Shown one piece after another: positions 49,914-60,280 of a stretch of DNA of 64,000 bases (position 1 is its first letter; every line of letters starts with the position of its first letter). Position numbers and translations under genes: made by a program. This stretch comes from Raja brachyura. Taxonomy: Eukaryota. The stretch is taken from assembly GCA_963514005.1 (NCBI GenBank), contig OY740789.1, positions 72,912,001 to 72,976,000 on the forward strand. The letters are read 5' to 3'. The notes beneath the pieces are model-generated. The model was not told where the DNA came from. It ran no database searches and was given only the letters and a program-made list of their open reading frames with translations.

Positions 49914-51007
49914 CGTTCTCTCAACGTCAATTTCCTCTGCATCACTTTGACTGTCAGCATCCTCCAGATCACTCTGAGAGTCAGTATCTTTATCAGAGTC
50001 CATAAAGTTTTCATATCGCAGTAATCTTTGATGAAAGTCTAGTTCCTCATTCTCTGGATTTTTTAGCATATCCTTATCAATCACTTCATGGTTAGATCTG
50101 GAAGAATCTTTAGCAACAGCAGTTCCTTTTCCAGTTCTTGTGGAATTATCTAGTACAGAATTTTCATTTTCTTCTTCCACAATATGTTTTGCACTAGTGT
50201 ATGAATGGTCAACCAATTCTGCTGGAGTATGGTGTTCTAATGCATTTTGATGGCCCATAGAATCATCCTCCAACTCATTGTCTACCTCACTACCTGAAGG
50301 AGTGGAAGGAAATGCATCAGTCGCCTGTTTAACTTCTGGCGATGGATCAGCATTTACATGGTCCTCATCTGGTACACCCTGAGACACCGGTGTCTCAATA
50401 AGCTCAGAATCAGCAACATGAATCTCCTCTAGCCCAGGTTCAATCAACTTTTCTTCTGATTTGTTATTCTGGTTGGCAGTCTTCTCAGAGCCTGCTTTTT
50501 CAAATGACTGTGAACCAGATGACTGATCCACAAGCTGCAATGACTGTCCAGTAGTTATGATGGCATTTGAAACTTGTTGAGGCAGCTGCAGTAGAGCAAA
50601 TCCCATTGGTTGAAGGGGAACTAGATGCCATGCACTGAGAGTTTGACCAACACCATTAGCAGCAACAAACGGAGGCTGTGAAGTAGTTTTAACAGGTACC
50701 TCTGACGCTACTGCAGAAATGGGTTGAGGAGTAAGGGCTTGCTTCAAAGCAACACCGGCTGGTTTTAGAACACGGGTTGAACGTGGCCTTCCTCGTTGTG
50801 GGATTTTCCCTTTAGGACATAGAGTGACATTGCTGGGAGATGAAGCCACAGAACAAGATTTTATTGGGGTAGGCAGAACAATAGGCGTCGAACATGGCTT
50901 TCTTCTTTTTGGTATTATCTGTTTAGGACATAGATTGACATTGCTAGGAGATGAAGCCACCGAACAAGATTTTATTGGGGTAGGCAGACAATTTCCACTC
51001 CCTGAGC
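49914..51007 (-). CDS. mga: MGA-like large exon (1094 bp, phase 1-0)
   Basis: TTCTTAG acceptor, GTGAGT donor. Open frame GSGSGNCLP...PMGFALLQLP...DHSY...EEIDVERT; phase matches neighbouring exons. Confidence 0.88.
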
Positions 51008-51289
51008 CTAAGAATATGAAAATCAAAAAAAGAGGAAATGTTAGATAAAACAAACCGACTTTATAAAAAATTAGAAATAAGTTAAAAGGTTGTGCAGTCC
51101 AGTTCCATATTATGGTAGGTGCAATTATCTTCTTGTGTGGAATTGTCTGGGTTGACTTCCACTTCCGTATTGTTATCTTCACCAATCTGTGCAGCATAAT
51201 CCAGAAGATTAAAAGTGAGAACAGAAATGATGATTAAGTGAAAGGGATGGCGGTGGAGACCCTAAAGCGAGGAGTGGCTTTTTGGAACA

Positions 51290-52550
51290 GGAATCATAGA
51301 AACATAGAAAAATAGGTGCAGGAGTAGGCCATTCGGCCCTTCGAGCCTGCACCGCCATTCAAGGTGATCATGGCTGATCATCCAACTCAGTATCCCGTAC
51401 CTGCCTTCTCTCCATACCCCCTGATCCCTTTAGCCACAAGTGCCACATCTAACGCCCTCTTAAATATAGCCAATGAACTGGCCTCAACTACCTTCTGTGG
51501 CAGAGAATTCCAGAGACTCACCACTCTCTGTGTAAGGATACACAGAGTTGATGAGGAGATGTTTACTTTTGGTTCATATTAGTTGATGAGGAGAGTTTAC
51601 TTTTGGCTCCTTACGTTAACTCAATTATTTAAATTAAAAGCTATGAAAACGCTAAATTTATTATTGTACAAATACTAAAAAATATTAAGCAATTAATACC
51701 TTAATCCCTACAAAAAAATGTTTAGAAGAGGATGGCAAAGGAGGTCGTTCACAGCAGCCCAATTCCAAGCAACTATACATACAGTAGGTAGGTGTCTCTC
51801 AAAAAAACCTGACTTAGCATCGCTGAACTGTTCATCATGAAGAGAAAGATAATCTGGACACCATCAACCAGCAGTGAGCAAATGCTCCTCTGAGAATGGA
51901 ATACAACGTAGCAAAGTTAAAGCTAATTTGCAGGTTGAGTCAGTGGTAAGGAATGCAAAAGCATTCCTTTTGAAGGGACTAAAAAATGCAAGCAAGGAGG
52001 TAATGCTGAGGCTTTATCAGGCTCTGGTGAGGCCACATTTGGAATATTATGAAAAGTTTTAGGTCCCATATTTGAGGAAGTGCTAAATTTGGAGAAGGTC
52101 CAGAGGCCATTTACGAGAATTATCCTGGTTTAACATATGAGGAGAGTTTGAAGGCTCGGTGCCGATAGTCACTGATTTAGAAGGATGAGGGGCGATTTCA
52201 TTAAAATCTAAAGAATAATGAAAGGCCTAGATAGAGTGAATGTGGACAGGATGTTTCCAATAATGGGAAAGTGCAGGACTAGAGGGAACAACCAAAGAAT
52301 AATGGGATGCACTGTTAAATTAGAAATGAAAATATTCTTCAGCCAAAGGGTGGTGAATCTGTGGAATTCATTGCCATTGACGACTGTGGAGTCCAAGACA
52401 CTGGGTATTTTTAAGGTGGAGATTGCTAGGTTCTTGGTTAGGAAGGGTGTCAAAGGCATGAGAATGGGGTTGAGAGGGCAAAATGATTGAATTGCAGAGT
52501 AGACTTGATGGGCTGAATGGCCTAATTCTGCTCCTATATCTTATGATATT
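51290..52550. mobile_element. CR1 LINE fragments (minus-strand 3' end at 51290-51530; plus-strand remnant at 51880-52550)
   Basis: (CATAGAAA)n tail with AGGCCATTCGGCCCTTCGAGCC; LYQALVRPHLEY, MKGLDRV, FFSQRVVNLWNSLP. A near-identical minus 3' end lies at 55250-55465. Confidence 0.8.
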
Positions 52551-55500
52551 ATGGAAGAAGTTGTATATTTGTCAGTGTTTAGTGCGAGGAAGATTCATTT
52601 TACCCGTACGCCATACAGCATTCGATCAGAGAAATCCCATTGGCCTCATTCTGTTTATTTTCCTCTAATATATTCTCTCTTGTGTGCTCACCAATTCTTC
52701 CCCGATTCTCCTACCACCCATCGGCACTAAGGGCAGTTACCAATTTCCAGTTACCAATTAACCAAAGAGCCAGCCCATCGTCCTTAGGATACAGGAGGAA
52801 ACTGAGTGCTCAGACAAAACCCATGTTGCTACAGGGAGAACATGCAAACTCCACAACTGCAGCTCCGGAAGCCACGATCGAACTCAGGCCGCGGGAACCA
52901 TGCAGCCCAACAATACCTACTGTGCTATAATACAGCTTTTTTATCTAAAATTTCTATTTAATTTAACTCTCTTATGACGTCAAGTTTATGGTGGTCCTCA
53001 GAGCAATTATATTCTCCTTTTCTGTTCTATTCTCCTGTGTATTTTTCCTGTAACATATACACTTTTGCATGGCCATCAACTCTACACTGCTTGTCCCACC
53101 TTGAACCCACATTTGGGATAATTATAGTGGCCAATTAATCTGACAACCAGCAAATAATTAAAATAACTAAATATCATAAAATGAATTAATTAAACCCACG
53201 TAAATGAGAGAGCAGGAAATATCTTGCGGCTGCAATGTATAAGAGTTTGTGAACACTTCCGCTCAAGGTCACTACTTAATGTCTGTCTGTCTGTCACTAA
53301 AATGTTCATCTTCTTCTCTTCTGGCTTGGGTTGATTTTACATTTGTGCAAAAACGGTACAAGATAACGCTACGATTTTTCACCATCTTACTCACCATTCT
53401 CCTGTACTGCAAACGCACCAATTTTTATTCAGATCAGTGGTATATTTTAAAAGCTATTAAGATTTAAAAATCTTAAAAACCGAGCATGCGTCGAATGGTC
53501 TCCTCCCCTGTCCGTCACCGCCGGGACGGCGACGCCCCTTCCGGCACCATCGCTACACTGATTGGCCACGTTCGCTATCACTCACCGGCACATGCCAGCC
53601 TCTACCGGCGCGCGGCTGTAGCTGTTGGTGCTCTGGTACCAGGCTGAGGATACGAGGCCTGAGCCTGGTTCTGAGGGCGCCGACAGCTGATGTTTTTCCA
53701 GGGCACGCAAAAAGGCAGGGGAGCGGCAACCTCGAGATCCTGGGGAGGTGAGGAGGGAGAGTAGGGGGATTGAGGGAGAGCAGGGGGTATGGAGGGAGAG
53801 GGAGGAGAAAGTGGGGGAGGTAAGGTGAGTGGGGAAAGTGAGGAGGGAGCCTGGGCGATTGAGGGAGAGCAGGGGGTATGGAGGGAGAGGGAGGAGAAAG
53901 TGGGGGAGGTAAGGAGGGTGGGGAAAGTGGGGGAGGTAAGGAGGGTGGGGAAAGTGGGGGAGGTGAGGAGGGAGCCTGGGGGGATTAAGGGAGAGGAGGG
54001 GCTAGGGAGGGATGGGAAAGTGGGGGAGGTGAGGAGGGAGAGTGGGGAGGAGGGGGAATAGAGGGATAGGAGGGGTGTAGGGAGGGGAGAGGAGTTTGGA
54101 GGGAGGGAGTGGAGGTAGGGGAAAGGAGACATGAGGGAGGGATTGGGGAGGGTAGGAGGGGAGCGAGAGAGGTGAGTCGGGAGAGTGGGGGAAAAGGCAG
54201 AATAGAGGGAGGAGAGGGAGTGGGGGAGGTAGGGAGTAGGGAATAGAGAGAGAGCAGGGCAGTGGGGAAGGTGAGGAGGGATAGTGGGGGGATAGGGGGA
54301 GGTGAGGAGTGGAGAGTGGAGGGTAGAGGGATAGGGGGGTAAGGAGGGGAAAGGAGTGGAGAGAGGGTGTGAGGGAGTGGCTGAGGGTATGGGAAAGGAG
54401 TGGGAGGGAGATGTAAGGGTGGGATTGGGGAGGGGAGGAGGAGTGGGGAAAGAAAAGGGACGGTGAAGAGGAAGGGGAGAGAGTGCTGGGAATGAAGGGA
54501 AATGAGCCGTGCCTGCGCAGTTGGGGGCTATGGGTGAGTGGTGGAATATTGCATTGGGGGAACGGGTTGCATTGGGGGACCAGGCCTCCCATGTGACAGG
54601 GACCTAACGGGTCCCACCTAGTCTAGTATACTATTAAAAGTCTTGACTTGTTTGCCTGTCTGTCTGTAGTCTCAGGTGCTACATAATAACAGGTAATAAC
54701 ATAATAACATAATACATGGTAGCGCTAAATTCTTTGCAGAATCTTACTCAGCTTTCTCCCGTCATCGGTCAAATCAATTTTCCTTTATATTTTATGTTAT
54801 ATTTCACGGTGTAAGGTTTACAAAAGCCAACGATTTACCAACTTTAACAAGATTTTTACTGATAATAGCCTTCCTGCCAGCTTCCAACAAACTACAATAC
54901 AAAGTTGCTATACAGGAACACTCTGTGATTCCACCAACTTTTCACCTAAACAGGATATCACAGTCCTCCACCTGACAATTGTAACAATGTTGCCATCATG
55001 CCACACTTACTCCAGCTCCTGGCAGGACAGGAGGGGAAGTGCTGGAATCTTTTGTTCGACAATGGGTTGAGTTGGGGGACTACGCGTCCCGTGGGGGGTA
55101 TGGGTTAGTAGTGCAATATTGCGTTGAGGAACGGGTTGCCGGGACGGCGACGCTCCTTCCAGCACTCGCTGTCAATCGGGAATCCGCTGATTGGAGTCGG
55201 GGAAGTCGCTGAGTGGAGTCGGGGAAGCCAGTGAGTGGAGTCTGTACAGCCATTCAATATTCGGCCTTCGAGCCTGCACCACCATTCAATATGATCATGG
55301 ATGATCATCCAACTCAGTATCCCATACCTGCCTTCTCTCCATACCCCCTGATCCCTTTAGCCACAAGAGCCACATCCTCTTGAATATAGCCAATGAACTG
55401 GCCTCAACGACCTTCTGTGGCAGAGAATTCCAGAGACTCACCACTCTCTGTGTAAAGAATGTTTTCCTCAAAAAACTGTGTGTGTGTCTGCCGACATCCG

Positions 55501-56484
55501 GCTGCCGCGTCTCCGCTCTTTGATTCCCTGCTCCGCCAAAACCGGACCCTCGGACGCCGCCGTTTTTCCCACTTAGCCAGACGTTACGCTTGTATGTTAT
55601 CAAAGGCGCCCCTCGTTACGTTTAGATGTCGTTACGTACAACATTTTTAATAAAATCCTTCCCCCCCCCCCCCCACTTTTTCAAAAATCAAACTGCTCTC
55701 ACCCATAGAATGTTGGTAAACATTCCATCGTGTGATGTCACAATGCCCAATGCTCACAGATGTCCAATCGGAACGGATCTCATTTCCATCTGCCGTCGCA
55801 CCAGCCCCAGCCCCCCCCTGATGTTCCAGCACGTTCCATTGTATGATGTCACAATGCGATCCCTCACAAATGGCCAATCACAATGGATCTCATTTACATC
55901 TGCCTTTGCCCCAGCCCCGGCCCCTCCCCCCGCAGCCTGTGTCGACATGTGACTGGGGGGACATTGCTGGCTCGCGTTGCCTTTGAAACCTTTTCCAGAA
56001 CATCCTTCCCCAACGGTCATTTGGATTTCGTTCCTCGACAAATTAACACACATTTCCCCGTTTTGTTAATATTCTCTCTTTTTTCAAAGGACTCCATTAC
56101 TCCACTTTGATGAGGTCATTGCTTTTCTGTTTTTAAACTTTGCAGTTATTTTCTTTGCCGATTTCCACAGCCGTGTTTATCTTTATTTTCAATTTAATTC
56201 ATTTTGAACAGATAATTGTGTTTAAAAACCTTGCGCTTATATCATCTGCTGTTTTAGACAAGTGATAATTTTATTTAATTTTCTGATTTTCATTGCTTAT
56301 CTATAATTTACATTACTCAAGTAATTTTTAAAAAATGCTTAAAAAACCCCATTAAAAATCCGTTAAAAAAATTCTCTCTTTATTTCGATTTACAGCATTT
56401 TTAACAGTTTTAAGAGTTCTCTGTTATTTGCTCCGCTAAATTTACCCACAATTTTCACCGTTTTCTTTTAAATTATTTTGTTGT

Positions 56485-59400
56485 GTTTGATTTAATTCTA
56501 CAGGAAAGTCAACTCTCCCTCCCCTTTCTCTCTCTCCCCCACTCTCTCCCCCTCCTATCTCTCTCCACCTCCCCTCCCCCTCTTCCTCCCCCTCTCCTCT
56601 CCCCACCACCTCTCCCTTTCCTCCCCTCTTCTCCACCACCCCTCTGCTCTCACCTCCCCTCTTCCCCTCTCCTTCCCCTCACCCCTCCTCCTCCCACCCC
56701 TTCTCTCTCCCCCCACCCCCTTCCCTCTCTCCCCCTGCCCCTTCCCTCTCTCCCCCACCCCCCTTCCTTCTCCCCCCCTGCCCCTTCCCTCTCTCCCCCG
56801 CCCCCTTCCCCCCTACACCACCCATCTTCCACCACTCCCTCCCACCCCCTTCTCCATACCCCTCTGTCCCTCTTCCACCACTCCCCCTACCCCTCTCCCC
56901 CCCAATCTTCCACTTCTCCCCCTCCCTCACCTCTCTCCCGCGCACCCCTTTTCCCCTACCCCTCTCCCACCACTCCCCCACCTCCTCCCCCCCTCTGTCC
57001 AACTTCCACCACTCCCCCTACCCCTCTCCCCTCCCTCCCCACTCTTCCACTTCTCTCTCCCTTCCCCCACCCCTCTCCCACCCCACCTCTCTCCCTCCCC
57101 ATCCTCTCTCTCCCCACCCCTTTCCCCTACTCCTCTATCCCTCTTTCACCACTCCCCCTTCCCCCACTCTCTCTCCTACTTCCACCACTCTCCCCAACAC
57201 CTCTCACCCTCCCTCCCCACTTCCACTTCTCTCTCCCCTACCCCCCACCTTTCCCCATCTCCCTCCCCAACCCCTCTCTCCCCCTCCATTCCCTCCCCCT
57301 CCCCACTCTTCCCCCTCTCTCCGCTTTCCCCCTCCCTCCTCACTCTTCCCCCTCCCTCCACTCTTCCCTCTCTCTCCCCTACCCCTCCCCACCTCCCTCC
57401 ACACTCTTCCCCCTCCCCTCCCACCCCTCTCTCAACCCCTCACACCTTCCCCCGCCCCCCTCTCCTCCTCCCTCTCCCCCTCTCCATCTCCCTCTCCCTC
57501 CCTCTCCCCCTCTCCATCTCCCTCTCCATCTCCTCCTCCCTCTCCCCCTCTCCATCTCCCTCTCTCCTTACCGCTCCCACCCCTCTCGATCCCCATCTCC
57601 CCCCCACCCCCTTCCCATCGCTCTTGCACCACTCCCTGCTACCCCTCTTCCCCTAACTCACCACTCTTCCCCTCTCCCTCCCCTCCTCTCCTTTCCCTCT
57701 CTCTCCCCCTCCTCTCTCACCCCCTCTCTCTCCACACCTCTCTCCCTCTCCTTTCACTCTCTCTCCCTCCCCCTCCACTCTCTCTCCACCTCTCCCCTAC
57801 CCCTCTTTCCCCCCCACTCCTCTCCCCTCCCCTCCACCTCCCTTTCCTCCCCTCTTCTCTATAACCCCTCTCCTCTCACCTTCCCCTCTCCTCTCCCCTC
57901 CCCTTCCCCTTCCCCTTACCCCACCCCTCTCTAACCCCCTCACCCACCCTCAGGGACATGCTGCCCCGTCCCCCCTGCACATGTGACTAGTGGGACACTG
58001 TACCACTTCCCCCACACGTGTGACTAGGGGCACACTGTACCTCATCCCCCACACATGTGACTAGGGGACACTGTACCACTTCCCCCACACATGTGACTAG
58101 GGGGACACTGTCCCACTTCCCCCCCACAAATGTGACTAGGGGGACACTGTACCACCTAATATCCCCCACACATGTGACTAGGGGGACACTGTACCTCATC
58201 CCCCACACATGTGACTAGGGGGAGCACTGTACCACTTCCCCCACACATGTGATTAGGGGGACACTGTAGCACTTCCCCCACACATGTGGCTAGGGGGACA
58301 GTGATGTCACAATGCCGAATGCTCACAGATGTCCAATCGGAACGGATCTCATTTACATCTGCCCTTGCACCACTATCCCCCACACATGTGACTAGGTGGA
58401 CACTGTACCACTTCCCCCACACATGTGACTAGGGGGAGCACTGTACCACTTCCCCCACACATGTGATTAGGGGGACATTGTAGCACTTCCCCCCCACATG
58501 TGACTAAGGGGACACTGTACCACTTCCCCCACACATGTGACTAGGGAGACTCTGTACCACTTCCCCCACACATGTGACTAGAGGGACACTGTACAACTTC
58601 CCCCACACCTGTGACTAGGGGGACACTGTACCACCTAATATCCCCCACACATGTGACTAGGGGGACACTGTACCACTTCCCCCACACATGTGACTAGGGA
58701 GACTCTGTACCACTTCCCCCACACATGTGACTAGAGGGACACTGTACAACTTCCCCCACACCTGTGACTAGGGGGACACTGTACCACCTAATATCCCCCA
58801 CACATGTGACTAGGGGGACACTGTACCACTTCCCCCCCACATGTGACTAGGGGGACACTGTACCACTTCCCCCCCACATATGACTGGGGAGACATTGCTT
58901 GCTTGCGTTGCCTTTGAAATTCGGACCGTTTCTCGACAGCGATCGATCTAAACGCTGGATTTCTGCCGTTTTTTTATTTTTCATTTTCAAAATCTTAGTA
59001 TTTGATTTAATTCTACAGGAAAGTCAACTCTCCCCTTTATCTCTCTCCCCTTCCACTCGCTCCCTCTCCTCTCTCTCCCCCTCCATTCTCTCTCCACCTC
59101 CCCTCCCCCTCTTCCTCCCCCTCTCGTCTCCCCGCCACCTCTCCCTTTCCTCCCCTTTTCTCCACCATCCCTCTGCTCTCACCTCCCCCTCTTCCCCTCT
59201 CCCCTCCCCTTCACCCACCCCTCTCCCCCCCTCCTCCTCCCACCCCCTTCCCTCTCTCCCCCACCCCCTTCCTTCTCTCCACCTTCCCCTTCCCTCTCTC
59301 CCCGTCCCCTCCACCACTCCTTCCCATCCACTTCCCCCTACCCCTCTCTCTTCCACCACTCCCCCACCACCCTCCCCTCCCTCTCTCCAACTTTCACTAC

Positions 59401-60280
59401 TCCCCCTACCCCTCTCCCCCTCCCTCCCCACTCTTCCACCTCTCTCCCTTCCCTCACCCGTTCCCCACCCCACCTCTCCCTCCCCCACCCTCTCTCTCCC
59501 CTCCCTCGCTATCTCCCCCACCCCTTTCCCCTACTCCTCTCTCCCTCTTCCACCACTCCCCTTCCCGCTGTCTCTCTCCCACTTCCGCCACTCTCCCCTA
59601 CACCTCTCACCCTCCCTCCCCACTTCCACTTCTCTCTCCCCATCCCCACCTCTTCCCTCCCTCCCCCACCCCTCTCTCCCCTCCTCCCTTCCCTCTCTCC
59701 CCACTCTTCCCCCTCTCTCCACTCTCCCCCTCCCTCCCCACTCTTCCCCATCCCTCTACCACTCCCCCCTCCCTCCACACTCTTCCCCCTCTCTCCCCTT
59801 CCCCTCCTCCCTCTCTCCCCCTCCCCCCTCTCACCCCCTCCCCCACCCTCCTCTCCTCCTCCCTCTCCCCTCTCTCCATCTCCCTCTCTCCTCACCCCTC
59901 CCACCCCACCCCCCTTCACCCCCAACTCCCCCCACCCCTTCCCCTCGCTCTTGCACCACTCCCTGCTACCCCTCTCCCACTCAGCCCCTCTCCCTCCCCT
60001 CCCCACCTCTTGCCCTCCCCTTTCTCTCTCTTCCCCTCTTCTCTCACCCCCTCTCTCCCCACCTCTCTCACTCTCCTTTCTCTCTCTCTCCCTCCACCTC
60101 CACTCTCTCTCCACCTCTCCCCTTCCCCTCTTTCTCCCCCTCTCCCCTCCCCTCCACCTCCATTTCCTCCCCTCTTCTCCATAACCCCTCTTCTCTCACC
60201 TTCCCCTCTCCTCTCCCTTACCCCACCCCTCTCTACCCCCCTCACCCACCCTCAGGGACATGCTGCCCTCCGCCCCTGCA
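56485..60280. repeat. Two diverged copies of a ~1.3-1.5 kb polypyrimidine block (56485-57975; 59000-60280)
   Basis: Both begin TTTGATTTAATTCTACAGGAAAGTCAACTCTCCC and end CCTCACCCACCCTCAGGGACATGCTGCCC. Confidence 0.88.
57976..58895. repeat. Minisatellite, ~23 units of 37-42 bp, consensus CACATGTGACTAGGGGGACACTGTACCACTTCCCCCA
   Basis: Direct inspection. Includes a higher-order 4-unit duplication (~58532-58684 / 58685-58837) and one ~75-bp interruption at ~58300-58375. Confidence 0.95.

Noticed and set aside
49866-51197. 443-aa ORF as a stand-alone gene with a transmembrane segment
   Set aside because: The hydrophobic N-terminus is translated polypyrimidine intron. The real exon is 49914-51007, bounded by AG/GT.
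57976-58895. CRISPR-like array of ~37-bp repeats with a palindromic core
   Set aside because: Units are contiguous with no unique spacers, there are no cas genes, and the context is a eukaryotic intron. It is a minisatellite.
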